Origin: Alphaproteobacteria bacterium
Lineage (GTDB): Bacteria > Pseudomonadota > Alphaproteobacteria > MPNO01 > UBA830
Reading direction: 5' to 3'
Length of the DNA: 64,000 nucleotides
NCBI GenBank assembly: GCA_964291215.2
Contig: OZ219791.1
Coordinates: forward strand, 448,001-512,000
Under the pieces are notes generated by a model, which was not told where the DNA came from, did no database searches, and saw only the letters and a program-made list of their open reading frames with translations. Numbering within the stretch: position 1 is the stretch's first letter; each line of letters starts with the position of its first letter. Below are positions 52,076-64,000 of this stretch, in pieces. The translations under genes were made by a program, and so were the position numbers.

Positions 52076-53086
52076 ATGAAGGTAAGCGCGAGGGACGCGG
52101 ACGGCTTCTCGCGGTCGCCGCCGCCCGATGTCCGCGCGGTCCTCTTCTACGGTCCGGACAGCGGGCTGGTCAGCGAACGCGCGGAAACCGCCGCGCGCGC
52201 TGTTACCGCCGACATCACCGATCCATTCTCGGTTGTGACCCTCGATGCCGCCGCGCTGGAGGGTGACCCGGTGCGCCTCGGCGACGAGGCCGCCGCGCTT
52301 GCGCTCGGAGCCCAACGGCGAATCGTCTGGCTCCGCGGAGCGAAAGACGCTACCGCTGTCGCGGTCCGCACGGCCCTCGCCATTCCCTGGGAATCCCTCG
52401 TCATCGTCGAGGCCGGCGACCTGTCGTCCCGTTCACGGCTGCGCACCCTCTTTGAAGGCGCCGCCGACGCTGCGGCCGTGGGCTGTTATCTCGACGACAC
52501 CAAGGGGCTTGCCGCTCTCGCCCGCCAGACGTTCTCGGAGGCCGGCATCAACACGGAGCCCGGTGTCGTCGAGTGGATAAGCGGCAATCTGGGATCCGAC
52601 CGCAAGGTCACCAGGATGGAGCTGGAAAAGCTCACGCTCTACGCCGGAGACGCGAAACGCATCACGCTCGAAAACGCGCAGGCGGTCATCGGAGATTCCG
52701 CCCTGGTCACCGTGGACGATGTCGTCTATGCGGCGTTCGGCGGCGACATCGAAGCGCTTGTCCAGGCGCTCGCACGGGCGCGTTTCGAGGGCGTCGGGCC
52801 GATTCCCGTGATCCGGGGCGCCTTCGCGCACCTGACCCGACTCGAGGAGGCCGCCGCCGCGGTCGCAAATGGCCGGCCGGCCGATCAGGCCGCGCGGGAC
52901 CTGCGGGTGTTCTTCAAGCGGCAAGCGGCATTCAGCGCACAGATCCGGAGATGGCCGGGCGCCAAGCTCGCGCGCGGCCGCACCGAACTGGTCCGGACCG
53001 AACTCGACTGCAAGTCGACGAACCTGCCGACCGACGACGTATGCGAACGCGGCCTCATGCGTCTCGCCGCAATCGCCCGCGCCTGA
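52076..53086 (+). CDS. holA: DNA polymerase III subunit delta
   Basis: 'LFYGPDSGLVSER', 'DP.RL.DE', 'VEAGDL..RS.LR.LFE', 'ELEKL.LY'. Confidence 0.9.
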   Translation: MKVSARDADGFSRSPPPDVRAVLFYGPDSGLVSERAETAARAVTADITDPFSVVTLDAAALEGDPVRLGDEAAALALGAQRRIVWLRGAKDATAVAVRTALAIPWESLVIVEAGDLSSRSRLRTLFEGAADAAAVGCYLDDTKGLAALARQTFSEAGINTEPGVVEWISGNLGSDRKVTRMELEKLTLYAGDAKRITLENAQAVIGDSALVTVDDVVYAAFGGDIEALVQALARARFEGVGPIPVIRGAFAHLTRLEEAAAAVANGRPADQAARDLRVFFKRQAAFSAQIRRWPGAKLARGRTELVRTELDCKSTNLPTDDVCERGLMRLAAIARA

Positions 53087-53158
53087 GGGGTTTCCGCCTC
53101 CGGTCAATCACACCCGCTTGCCGGCAAGACCCGCCGGAAGACGGCCGGACCGGCGCCG

Positions 53159-53929
53159 TCAGCAGTCGGCCGCGCGGCGCGGCCGCATCACGTGCGCATG
53201 GCCGGGATCGTAGAGCGCCGAGTCCCGGAATTCCTCCGGCTCGAGCACCCGGCCCACGAGTATCAGGGCCGTGCGCGTTATGCCGGCATCGCGAACCTTG
53301 GGGCCGATGTCTGCGAGCGTCCCCCGGATGATCTTCTGGTCAGGCCAGCTCGCCCGGTAGACCACCACCGCGGGACAGTCGACGCCGTAGCGCGGCGTCA
53401 GCGTATCGCACACATGCCTGAGGTTGCGCACCGACAGGTGAATGGCGAGCGTCGCACCGCTGGCGCCGAGCGTTGCGAGATCCTCGCCTTCGGGCATGTC
53501 CGACGCCTTCATGGATGTCCGCGTGAGGATCACCGTCTGCGCCACTTCCGGAAGGGTGAGCTCGCGCCTGAGGGCGGCGGCGGCGGCGGCGTAGGCAGGA
53601 ACGCCCGGCACGATCTCGTAATCGATCCCGAGCCCGTCGAGACGCCGCATCTGCTCCCCCGTCGCCCCGTAGAGGGACGGGTCGCCGGAGTGCACCCGCG
53701 CTACATCCTTGCCCCCGGCGTCGGCCCGGGCAATTTCCCCGACGATCTCGTCAAGGGTCATCGATGCCGTGTCCATCACGCGGGCACCCTTCGGGGCATG
53801 CGCGATCACCGCTTCGGGTACCAGCGATCCGGCGTAGAGGCAGACCGGGCAGCGCGCGATCACGTCGCGCCCACGCACCGTGACGAGATCGGGATCGCCA
53901 GGCCCGGCCCCCACGAACCAGACGGTCAT
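53159..53929 (-). CDS. cobM: Precorrin-4 C11-methyltransferase
   Basis: 'VGAGPGDPDLVTVRG...CLYAGSLV', 'VARVHSGDPSLYG', 'IHLS'. Confidence 0.93.
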   Translation of the reverse strand: MTVWFVGAGPGDPDLVTVRGRDVIARCPVCLYAGSLVPEAVIAHAPKGARVMDTASMTLDEIVGEIARADAGGKDVARVHSGDPSLYGATGEQMRRLDGLGIDYEIVPGVPAYAAAAAALRRELTLPEVAQTVILTRTSMKASDMPEGEDLATLGASGATLAIHLSVRNLRHVCDTLTPRYGVDCPAVVVYRASWPDQKIIRGTLADIGPKVRDAGITRTALILVGRVLEPEEFRDSALYDPGHAHVMRPRRAADC

Positions 53930-55758
53930 TGCCCCGTCCCTTCCGATTCCGACAGGTAGCCCCGCGGCGTGTAGATCCATCGGCCGCCATCGTTGCGGCC
54001 AACCGCCCGCGTGCGCGACGAGCCGACAAGCACGGTTGTCAGCATGTCGGCATCGGCCGGATCGAGATCGCCGAGCGTCGTCGTGCGAACGCTCTCGCCA
54101 TCACGCCCGAGATTGCGGGCGATGATGACGGGCGTGGAGGCCGCGCGGGCGGCAAGCAGAACCTCGCGGGCGCGAGCGAGGTGCCCGGCACGCGACCGCG
54201 AGGCCGGGTTGTACAGCGCCACCACGAAATCGCCATCTGCCGCCGCCCGCAATCGCCGTTCGATGACGGACCACGGCGTCAGCAGGTCGGACAACGATAT
54301 CGCGCAGAAATCATGCCCGAGCGGCGCTCCGGCGCGCGCCGCCGCCGCCTGCAGAGCCGAGACCCCGGGACAAATCTCAAGCGCCGCCCGCCGCCAGTCG
54401 GGGCGCTCCTCCGCATCCATGAGCTCGAGGACCAGGGACGCCATCGCATAGATCCCGGGATCTCCGGACGAGACCAGCGCCACGGTCCTGCCAGCAGCAG
54501 CCAAATCGAGGGCTGCGCGCGCTCGCGCCGCCTCCTCTCCGAGTGCGAAGCCATGACACGCCTTTGCCGAGGCCCGGGGACCGAGCAGATCGAGATAGAG
54601 CGTGTAGCCTACCAGGTCCGAAGCCGCCGCAATCGCCGCCTCGCTCTCGGCAGTCATCCAACCACCACTGCCGGGGCCCAGGCCTACCACAAGCAGCCGC
54701 CCGCGAGGACGACCCGCGGGGGCCGCGTCAAGGGGCTGCGGCGCCCGGGCGACGGCGCAGGTCGTACGGCACGATTTCTTCTTGGCGACAACAAGCGTCC
54801 CCGCGGGACCGGCCGCCGCAAGCGCCGCGCCTTCGGCGACGCCGTGACAACCAACCTCGCGAAAGACGATCTCGGACGGTGTAACCAGCCGCGGGGTCTC
54901 AGCCTCAAGGGCCGCCGCGTCGAAAAATCGGGCTTCCGTTCCCAACATGCCCGCGGCGGCATGCACCGCGGGTTCGTCCATTTTCAGGTCCAGCGAGAAC
55001 AGTCCGGCAACGGCGCGGCGCGCCAATCCCGCTTCCTCGAGCGTGCGCCCGACCAGCTCCGTCAGTTCGGCCGGATCCGCGCCGCGCTCGCAGCCAACGC
55101 CGACGGCGAGCGCACGGGGGTGATAGACGAGATGGCCGGTGCCGCCCGGCACCGCCCGCACCGTCGTCGTGATCCGGAGTGCGCCGGCCCCGGAGCGTCG
55201 GATCCCGGCCCGTTCGATGAAGGGCGGAACCTCATCGCCATTCGAGCGCACGGCGGCGCCCGCCAGCAATGCAGCGGCGAAATTCCTGGCGTCCCCGGGA
55301 TTTGCCAGGACCCAGCCTTCGGGCGGCTCGTCGAGGGCGACTCCCAGTACGACATCGCTGGCGGTCGTGACCGCCGGCGCAACACCAAGTTCCGCGGCGA
55401 TGCGCCGCGCCAGATCGTTGGCTCCGCAATGGCCGCCGACGAGAGGAACCACGGCCGAACCGTCCTCGGCCACCGCCACGACCGGTGGCTCGACGCGCTT
55501 GTCGGCGAGGAGCGCGGCGAGGGCGCGGATCAGGATCGCTGTCGCGCAGACGCCGATCACCGGCCGGCCAGCCGAGAACAGCGCGCGGATCTGCTCCCCG
55601 GCGTCGTCGAACGTGATGTCGGCGCCGTCGACCCGCCGCGCCAGACCGAACACGCGGGCGTTGGCCAGGAGGTTCGCAATGCGGCGACCGATCGCGAGCC
55701 CGCCCGGCCCGAGCACCACGATTGCGGGCGCTGCGCCGGCCCGATCCGCGTCGGTCAT
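53926..55758 (-). CDS. cobJ: CbiG-CobJ fusion (precorrin-3B C17-methyltransferase)
   Basis: 'EPPVVAVAEDG..VVPL.GGH.GAN', 'GVGCERG', 'GCHGVAEGAA', 'VSSGDPGIYAMA', 'GHDFCAISLSDLLTPW', 'TPRGY'. Confidence 0.9.
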   Translation of the reverse strand: MTDADRAGAAPAIVVLGPGGLAIGRRIANLLANARVFGLARRVDGADITFDDAGEQIRALFSAGRPVIGVCATAILIRALAALLADKRVEPPVVAVAEDGSAVVPLVGGHCGANDLARRIAAELGVAPAVTTASDVVLGVALDEPPEGWVLANPGDARNFAAALLAGAAVRSNGDEVPPFIERAGIRRSGAGALRITTTVRAVPGGTGHLVYHPRALAVGVGCERGADPAELTELVGRTLEEAGLARRAVAGLFSLDLKMDEPAVHAAAGMLGTEARFFDAAALEAETPRLVTPSEIVFREVGCHGVAEGAALAAAGPAGTLVVAKKKSCRTTCAVARAPQPLDAAPAGRPRGRLLVVGLGPGSGGWMTAESEAAIAAASDLVGYTLYLDLLGPRASAKACHGFALGEEAARARAALDLAAAGRTVALVSSGDPGIYAMASLVLELMDAEERPDWRRAALEICPGVSALQAAAARAGAPLGHDFCAISLSDLLTPWSVIERRLRAAADGDFVVALYNPASRSRAGHLARAREVLLAARAASTPVIIARNLGRDGESVRTTTLGDLDPADADMLTTVLVGSSRTRAVGRNDGGRWIYTPRGYLSESEGTGQ

Positions 55759-56471
55759 CGCCAAGCCGCGCCGCGCCTGTGGACGAGAATGATCGAGAAA
55801 TACGGCGCCTCATCCCGCACCTCCTCGAACGGGACCACGCGTTCGGCCTCCATCGTCGCCCTCTCGACATAAAGCGCATCGCCCGCCAGGCCGAGCTCGT
55901 GAAGGAGATCCCGGATCTTCTTCACATGCCGCCCGACCTTGATGAACGCCGCAGCGTCGGCCGTCCGCAGCCGTTCCCTCATGTCCTCGACGGGAAGCGG
56001 GCCGGGGATGACCGCAAGAGTGTCCTGGCCGGCCGTCAACGGCGCTCCGAGCACGGCGGCGCACGCCGTCAGCGAGCAGATGCCGGGCACGATCTCGGTT
56101 CGGTACCCGCCGGCGAGGCGGCCGAAGAGGTAAATGAACGATCCGTAGAAGAACGGGTCGCCTTCGCAGATCACCGCGACATCCTCGCCGTCGTCGAGCG
56201 CCGCACCGATGTCGCCCGCGGCGCGGTCATAAACCTTGGCGGCCGGAAATTCACCAGCCGTCAGCGCCATGCGAATCGGGATCTCGCGCTGCTGTCCTGT
56301 CAGGTGCGGCGCCGCGATGCGGCGCGCGAGGCTCGGGCCGCGCTCGGGGCCCGGCCAGGCAATGACCGGCGCCGTCCGGAGCACACGCCGCGCCTTCAGC
56401 GTGATCAGCTCGGGATCGCCGGGCCCGACGCCGACGCCGTAGAGCGTGCCCGCTGCGGCGGCCGCCGTCAT
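55755..56471 (-). CDS. cobI: Precorrin-2 C20-methyltransferase
   Basis: 'LYGVGVGPGDPELITLKA', 'CEGDPFFYGS', 'APYFS'. Confidence 0.92.
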   Translation of the reverse strand: MTAAAAAGTLYGVGVGPGDPELITLKARRVLRTAPVIAWPGPERGPSLARRIAAPHLTGQQREIPIRMALTAGEFPAAKVYDRAAGDIGAALDDGEDVAVICEGDPFFYGSFIYLFGRLAGGYRTEIVPGICSLTACAAVLGAPLTAGQDTLAVIPGPLPVEDMRERLRTADAAAFIKVGRHVKKIRDLLHELGLAGDALYVERATMEAERVVPFEEVRDEAPYFSIILVHRRGAAWR

Positions 56472-57676
56472 GGCCTGGTCAGGACGAGCTGGGTCACAGG
56501 CATGAACGGCTTCCAGCCGGCAAATGATCCGACCGGAGCCGCCCGCGACACCGAGATGCGGCCGAGGCGTCCGTCATGGCGTCCACCGAACGCGATCAAT
56601 ACGGTCTCGCTCTCCAGCGTTACTGCATTGGCGACAAGACGGCCACCGGACCGGAGCGCCTGCCAGCATGCCTCCAGCATTCCGGGAGCCGTGACGCCGC
56701 CGCCGATGAAGACCGCATCGGGCGCATCGAGCGCTGCCAGCGCCGCCGGCGCCTCGCCCTCGACTACCTCGAGCCGCGGCACCCCGAGCGCCATGGCATT
56801 GGCCGTGATCAGCGCCGCGCGTTCCGGGCGCCTCTCGATCGCGACGGAACGGCACGCGGAATGGGATCGCATCCATTCGACCGCGACCGTTCCGCACCCC
56901 GCTCCGACATCCCACAGCCTTTCCCCGGGACCGGGCGCCAGCGCGGCGAGCGTTACCGCACGCACCTCCCGCCCCGTCATGTTGCCGTCGCTGGCGAAGA
57001 CATCGTCGGGAAGCCCGGCGATGCGCGACAGGACAACAGCCCCGGATCCGGCCACGCAACGGACGGCAATCGTGTTGAACGGCCGTATATCGCCGCGGTC
57101 CCAACTGGCTGCGGTGCCCCGGATGATGCGCTCGCCGGCGCCGCCCATATGTTCCAGCACCGTCAGTTCACTGTCCCCGTAGCCGCGCCCGGCCAGCAGC
57201 GCGGCAAGCGCGGCGGGCGTTTCCACGCCGTCGGCGAGGACCAGCAACCGCGCACCGGGGGCGATGAACGGAATCACAGTCTCGAGCGGACGCCCGTGCA
57301 GCGTCAGCGTCTCGATATCGGCCAGCGGCCAGCCGACGCGCGCTGCCGCGAGCGAGAACGCTGAGAGCGAGGGAATGATCTCGATCTCGTCCGCCGCGAA
57401 ATGACGCGCGAGCACGACGCCGACCCCGTAGAACATCGGGTCGCCGGTGGCGAGCACGCAGACGCGCCGTCCGCGGTGGCGCACCAGCTCCGGAACCATG
57501 GCCCCGAGCGGACGCGGCCAGCCCAGACGCGGGCGGCCGTCGTCGGGAATCATGGCGAGATGGCGGTCGCCGCCGACAAGGATCTCGGCGCCGTCGACCA
57601 GGGTTCGGGCGCGCTCGCCCAGGCCCTCGAGACCGTCCTCGCCGATGCCGATCACCGAGAGCCAGCGCGCCGTCAT
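56468..57676 (-). CDS. cobL: Precorrin-6Y C5,15-methyltransferase (CbiE/T)
   Basis: 'WLSVIGIGEDG', 'ATGDPMFYG', 'WDVGAGCG..AVEW', 'DAVFIGGG', 'ANAVTLE'. Confidence 0.92.
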   Translation of the reverse strand: MTARWLSVIGIGEDGLEGLGERARTLVDGAEILVGGDRHLAMIPDDGRPRLGWPRPLGAMVPELVRHRGRRVCVLATGDPMFYGVGVVLARHFAADEIEIIPSLSAFSLAAARVGWPLADIETLTLHGRPLETVIPFIAPGARLLVLADGVETPAALAALLAGRGYGDSELTVLEHMGGAGERIIRGTAASWDRGDIRPFNTIAVRCVAGSGAVVLSRIAGLPDDVFASDGNMTGREVRAVTLAALAPGPGERLWDVGAGCGTVAVEWMRSHSACRSVAIERRPERAALITANAMALGVPRLEVVEGEAPAALAALDAPDAVFIGGGVTAPGMLEACWQALRSGGRLVANAVTLESETVLIAFGGRHDGRLGRISVSRAAPVGSFAGWKPFMPVTQLVLTRP

Positions 57677-58302
57677 GGTGCCGGCCGTTCGAGCACCGCG
57701 TTCACGGCGGCCGCGGCCATCGCGCTGCCGCCGAGCCGGCCCGAGAGCGCAAGATACGGCACGCCGTGGGTTCCGGAGGCAAGGGCATCCTTGGATTCCG
57801 CCGCGCCCACGAACCCGACGGGGAAACCGAAGATTGCCGCGGGCCGGCGGCCGGGCTCGGCATCGAGGATCTCGAGGAGGCGGAAAAGGGCGGTCGGCGC
57901 AGTGCCGATGATGACGACGCTTCCGGGCAGGAACGGTTTCCAGAGTTCCACCTGGGCCGCCGAACGGGTGGTGCCGTGCTGCCGCGCCAGCTCCGCGACA
58001 TTCGGCATGTCGAGCATGCTCAGCAGGCGGTTGCCGGCGGGCAGCGCCGCGCGCTGGATTCCCGATGTCGCCATCGCGCTGTCCGAGATGACCGGCGCGC
58101 CGCCGTCGAGAGCGCGCCGCGCCGCGGACGCGACATCGTCCTTCCAGCGCAGGTGGGAGACGATCTCCGGCATGCCGGAGGCATGCACCACGCGCAGCGC
58201 GATACGGGCGATGTCGTCCGGCAGCGCCGTGAGATCAGTTTCGGCGCGCACGATCTCGAACGATCGCCGGTAGATCTCCGCAGGATTGCGGAGATAGTTC
58301 AT
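57673..58302 (-). CDS. cobH: Precorrin-8X methylmutase
   Basis: 'IYRRSF..VRAE', 'TTRSAA', 'G.APTAL', 'PVGFVGAAESK', 'GGSAMAAAAVNA'. Confidence 0.92.
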   Translation of the reverse strand: MNYLRNPAEIYRRSFEIVRAETDLTALPDDIARIALRVVHASGMPEIVSHLRWKDDVASAARRALDGGAPVISDSAMATSGIQRAALPAGNRLLSMLDMPNVAELARQHGTTRSAAQVELWKPFLPGSVVIIGTAPTALFRLLEILDAEPGRRPAAIFGFPVGFVGAAESKDALASGTHGVPYLALSGRLGGSAMAAAAVNAVLERPAP

Positions 58303-59309
58303 CACCGCTCGTGCTTCGCGCCATCGGCGCGCTTCATGCTCTCCGGACCGAGCGGGTGCCCGGCATGGGGATAGGGATGATGATGGCCGTGCCGGTGCGC
58401 ATGCCCAGGATGATGGTGATGACCGGTCCCGATGCCCTCGACGTGATGATGATGACTCTGCTGCGGCAGGCCGACCTCGTCCTCGAACCCGAGCACCGCC
58501 TCCCGATACTTGCAGAGTTGGCAATTCATATTTCCGGCACCGTTCCGGATTTCGTCGATCCGCTCCATAACGGTATCGAGAACCGCCGGATGATCGCGCA
58601 GATACGGCGCCTTGATGAACTCGATCTCCGGATGACGCACGGCCGCACGGTCGACCTCGTCATATATGCGCCGGACTAGGACGCCGGTGAACAGGAAATA
58701 GGGCAGGACGACGATGCGCGGGAAGCCAAGCCTCGCCGCATAGTCGAGCGCCGGTCCGGTCAGCGGGAAGGTGACGCCGGAATAGGCGGTCTCGCCCCAC
58801 CCGAAGCCGAAACCTTCCCAGAGGAGGCGCATCACCTTGGCCACGTTGCTATTGGCGTCAGGATCCGAACTGCCACGCCCGACGACCACGAGAAGCGTCT
58901 CCGCCGCCGGCACCTCCCGGTCCGCCGTGGCCTGTGCCTCCCGGATGCGCCCGCCCCCGGCCTGCAGCATTTTCGCATCGACGCCGAGTTCGCGCCCGTA
59001 GCGCACCGTGACCCCGTTCGTCCCGGCCGCCCACCGGTTCAGCACCGACGGGATGTCGTTCTTTGCATGGCCGGCGGCGAACAGCATTCCGGGAACCGCC
59101 AGGATCTCGGTCGCCCCGCGCGCGGCCAGGGTGTCGAGACCGTCCCGGATCACCGGGGTCGCGAATTCGAGAAAACCGTGTTCCACCGGCATCCCCGCCG
59201 CGCGCGCGCGAATGGCAGCCGCGAACGCCTCGAACTCGGCAACGGCTGCCGCATCGCGGCTGCCATGCCCGCAAATCATCAGCCCAGTGGTCACGATCGC
59301 CTCCCGCAT
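58302..59309 (-). CDS. cbiX: CbiX-family sirohydrochlorin cobaltochelatase with His-rich tail
   Basis: 'CGHGSRD', 'FLEFA.P', 'AGHAKNDIP', 'GRGSSD', 'MNCQLCKY', poly-His. Confidence 0.9.
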   Translation of the reverse strand: MREAIVTTGLMICGHGSRDAAAVAEFEAFAAAIRARAAGMPVEHGFLEFATPVIRDGLDTLAARGATEILAVPGMLFAAGHAKNDIPSVLNRWAAGTNGVTVRYGRELGVDAKMLQAGGGRIREAQATADREVPAAETLLVVVGRGSSDPDANSNVAKVMRLLWEGFGFGWGETAYSGVTFPLTGPALDYAARLGFPRIVVLPYFLFTGVLVRRIYDEVDRAAVRHPEIEFIKAPYLRDHPAVLDTVMERIDEIRNGAGNMNCQLCKYREAVLGFEDEVGLPQQSHHHHVEGIGTGHHHHPGHAHRHGHHHPYPHAGHPLGPESMKRADGAKHER

Positions 59310-60299
59310 CGACTGTCCCCGCCACGGCCATTGATCTGCGTGGCCGCAGGCGCAATGTTAGCAGCATGGTCCTGGATTGGTACTCTCACGATGCCGCCGT
59401 TGTCCACCCGCTGCTCGTCGTGCTCCTGGCGCTGGCGATTGATGCCGCGATCGGCGACCCGCCGCGACTCTACGAGCGGCTTCCCCATCCGGTTGCGCTC
59501 TTCGACGGGCGATCGCATCACTCGAACGGCGGCTCAACCTTCCCGGGCGCGGCGACCGCCGCCGGTTCGCCGCCGGGATGTTTGCGAGTCTTCTCCTGAT
59601 CGCCGCCGCCGCCGCCGCCGGATACGCCGTCCAGTGGGGCCTGTCGCAGTTTCGCTACGGCTGGATCGCCGGCGCTGCCGTGGCCAGCACCCTGCTCGCA
59701 TACCGGTCGCTGCACGACTATGTCCGCGCCGTCGCCGACGGGCTCGACCGCTCGCTCGCCGACGGCCGGGCGGCGGCCGGGCACATCGTTGGCCGCGACC
59801 CTGACTCGCTCGACGGCCACGGGGTCGCCCGCGCCGGAATCGAGTCGCTTGCCGAGAATTTCTCCGACGGGGTGGTGGCGCCAGTGCTCTGGTTCGCGCT
59901 GCTCGGCCTGCCCGGCATCTTTGCCTGCAAGGCCATCAATACCCTCGACAGCATGATCGGCCACCGCGACGCGGACCACGAACATTTCGGGAAATTCGCC
60001 GCGCGCGCCGACGACGCGATGAACGCGGTCCCGGCGCGCATCGCCGGCCTGCTGATCGTCGTCGCGGCGGCCTGGGGCCGCAATACACGCGCTGGCGACG
60101 CGTGGGTGGCGATGGTCCGCGACGCCGCACGCCACCGTTCGGTCAATGCCGGCTGGCCGGAGGCGGCGATGGCCGGCGCTCTCGGCCTCGCCCTTGCCGG
60201 ACCCCGACACTACGCCGGGACGGCCGTCGACGACGCTTGGTTGAATCCCGACGGCCGCGCCGGAGCCGTCGGCGCCGACATCCACACGGCGCTCAGCCT

Positions 60300-61802
<1,503 letters not shown>

Positions 61803-61960
61803 GGGCCGGTTCCGGCACAGGAACGGCGCAGGTTGCCGAGGACAGAAAGCCTGTCGTCCCGCCGAAAACCGGGCAATGCCCACAGCACGGGGCGGATCAT
61901 CATTCGCTTGTCCCGGCTTGAATCACCTGTCCGATCGCGCCATCTGTTCGCGCATGCGAA

Positions 61961-62584
61961 CTAGAATTCTATCCCCTTCTGGGCGCGCACGTTCTGCTCG
62001 CGGAAGGGATGCTTGACCTGGGTCATCTCGGTGACGAGATCAGCCGCCTCGATCAGTTCGGGCCGTGCATTGCGGCCGGTCACGACGACATGGAGCATGC
62101 GCCGACGGCCGCCGAGAACCTCGAGCACTTCGCCGAGATCCAGATAGTTGTAGCGGAGGACGATGTTGAGCTCGTCGAGAACGACGAGGTCGTAGGACGG
62201 ATCGGCCATCAGCTCACGCGCAACTGTCCAGGCGCGTTCGGCCGCCGCGATGTCACGCGCCCGATCCTGGGTTTCCCAAGTGAAGCCCTCGCCCATGGTG
62301 CGAATGGTAACCTGATCGGGAAAGCGCTCCAGCACCGCGCGCTCCCCGGTCTGCCATTTCCCCTTCACGAACTGGACCACGCCGACCTTCATGCGATTGC
62401 CGACGGCGCGGGCCACGAGGCCGAACGCCGCGGTCGACTTGCCCTTGCCCTTGCCGGTGTGAACGATCAGCAAGCCCTTCTCGACGGTCTTGTCTGCGAG
62501 CATGCGGTCGCGCGCCTGTTTGCGCCGGCGCGACTTCTCGTCGGCGCGCGCCAGCTCCTCGGCGGTCTGCGGTTCTCGGGTCAT
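61961..62584 (-). CDS. cobO: Cob(I)yrinic acid a,c-diamide adenosyltransferase
   Basis: 'IVHTGKGKGKSTAAFG', 'GEGFTW', 'LDELN', 'TGRNA', 'KHPF', 'QKGIEF'. Confidence 0.95.
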   Translation of the reverse strand: MTREPQTAEELARADEKSRRRKQARDRMLADKTVEKGLLIVHTGKGKGKSTAAFGLVARAVGNRMKVGVVQFVKGKWQTGERAVLERFPDQVTIRTMGEGFTWETQDRARDIAAAERAWTVARELMADPSYDLVVLDELNIVLRYNYLDLGEVLEVLGGRRRMLHVVVTGRNARPELIEAADLVTEMTQVKHPFREQNVRAQKGIEF

Positions 62585-64000
62585 TGCGATGGTGCTCCCA
62601 GTTCCCTGAGCCGATGATACGCCGCATTGGATCGCGGGCGCCAGAGCTCGCGCTCGCGCGCCTCGAGAAGGCGGTCCGCAATCTCGCGAAGCGCCGCCGG
62701 GTTGCTGTCCTCGAGAAACGCGAGCACCTCGGGGTCACCGAGATAGGCCTCAAACACGAGGTCGAAGTGATGGTTCTTGACGCAACGCGCGGTCGCGGCG
62801 AAGGCGAACAGGTAGTCAACGGTCGCAGCGATCTCGAAGGCGCCCTTGTAGCCGTGGCGCATGACGCCGGCGATCCACTTGGGATTGACGACGCGAGCGC
62901 GCACGACACGGCCGATCTCGTCCTCAAGCGTGCGGATGCGGGGCGATTCCGGGCGTGAATGGTCGTTGTGCCAGACTGCCGGCTGGCGCCCGGAGAGCGT
63001 GCGCACTGCAGCCGTCATGCCGCCCTCGAACTGGTAGTAATCGTCGGAATCCAGAAGGTCGTGCTCGCGGTTGTCCTGGTTGTGAACGACCGCCTCGACA
63101 TTGCCGAGACGGCGCTCGAGCAGCCCGTGTTCGGCAACCCCCTCGGCCCCGTCGCCATAGGCATAGCCGCTCCAGGCAACATAGGCCGAGGCGAGGTCCG
63201 CATCCGTGTCCCAGCCGCGCTCGTCGATCAGCGCCTGAAGGCCGGCGCCGTAGGAACCGGGCCGCGATCCGAACACGCGGTGACCCGCACGGCGGCGGGC
63301 GGTTTCGGGATCGGCGCCCGCGGCAACCAGCGCCGCGGTATCATGCGCGACCTGCGCGGCCAGCGGGTTCCGTTCCGGAGGTTCGTCGAGCGCGGCCACG
63401 GCGCGAGCCGCCGAATCGAAGAGATCGATCTGCGCCGGAAACGCGTCGCGGAAGAATCCGGAGAGCCTGAGCGTGACATCGACCCGGGGCCGGCCCAGCA
63501 CGTCGGCGGGCATGACTTCAAACCCGCTGATGCGCCCCGAGCCGGCGTCCCATTGCGGGCGCGCGCCGATGAGCGCCAGCGCCTGCGCGATGTCGTCACC
63601 GCCGGTGCGCATGTTCGATGTGCCCCACGCCGAAAGCGCCATGTGCCGGGGCCACTCGCCATGTTCCTGGACGTGCCGTTCGACGAGAAGCGATGCGGAC
63701 TTCCAGCCCAGCGTCCAGGCCGCCGCGGTCGGGATGGTGCGCGTGTCGACAGAGTAGAAGTTGCGCCCCGTCGGCAGGACCTCAGGGCGCCCCCGCGTCG
63801 GGGCGCCGGACGGTCCCGGATCGACGAAACAGCCGTCAAGCGCAGCCAGCGCGCCGCCAATCTCCGCCGCGCCGCAGGCATCGACCTGCGGCGCCATCCC
63901 GGTGACGATCCCGTCGAGCACGGCGCGGGTCGCCGCCCAGCCCGGCGGCGCGGCGCGGCGGTCGGCGACGAGGTCGAGCGCCAGTTCCTCGAGCCGCTCA
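62581..64000 (-). CDS. cobN: Cobaltochelatase CobN, 3' part (runs off the window)
   Basis: 'GPSGAPTRGRPEVLPTGRNFY', 'WGTSNMRTGGDDIAQ', 'SGFFRDAF', 'DSDDYYQFEGG', 'NPKWI.G..RHGYKGA'. Confidence 0.95.
   Translation of the reverse strand, partial: ERLEELALDLVADRRAAPPGWAATRAVLDGIVTGMAPQVDACGAAEIGGALAALDGCFVDPGPSGAPTRGRPEVLPTGRNFYSVDTRTIPTAAAWTLGWKSASLLVERHVQEHGEWPRHMALSAWGTSNMRTGGDDIAQALALIGARPQWDAGSGRISGFEVMPADVLGRPRVDVTLRLSGFFRDAFPAQIDLFDSAARAVAALDEPPERNPLAAQVAHDTAALVAAGADPETARRRAGHRVFGSRPGSYGAGLQALIDERGWDTDADLASAYVAWSGYAYGDGAEGVAEHGLLERRLGNVEAVVHNQDNREHDLLDSDDYYQFEGGMTAAVRTLSGRQPAVWHNDHSRPESPRIRTLEDEIGRVVRARVVNPKWIAGVMRHGYKGAFEIAATVDYLFAFAATARCVKNHHFDLVFEAYLGDPEVLAFLEDSNPAALREIADRLLEARERELWRPRSNAAYHRLRELGAPSQ

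Overview
This is a GC-rich alphaproteobacterial (Rhodospirillales-like) chromosomal window in which intact metabolic and housekeeping blocks alternate with two decaying mobile-element graveyards (about 10.5-23 kb and 37.6-48 kb). The intact blocks are: a tripartite tricarboxylate transporter with sulfatase, class II aldolase and VOC dioxygenase genes (1-10 kb); a molybdopterin oxidoreductase plus RidA and a PaoABC-like Mo-hydroxylase operon (24-32 kb); ccmF-G-H-I; DUF3576-leuS-lptE-holA; and a cob/cbi cluster (53-64 kb). The graveyards hold IS1634, ISAs1 and IS4 elements (one ISAs1 and one IS4 carry DUF4338/DruA-like N-termini), two IS66 copies carrying a Dam-methylase fragment, IS110/IS630/IS1380/IS1595 remnants, two MITE families, a group II intron inserted in an IS4 element, a tyrosine integrase with fragments, an inverted near-identical porin duplication, and broken TA/RM genes. 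The most striking signal is that non-functional DNA is eroded almost entirely by 5-7 bp deletions: a manual alignment of the two IS66 copies gave 23 indels, all 5-7 bp, against about 30 substitutions. The second signal is an intact DUF3800 gene preceded by a near-consensus sigma70 promoter and a two-hairpin leader RNA, a candidate RNA-regulated toxin or defence module. All family calls come from motif recognition by eye; no database searches were run.
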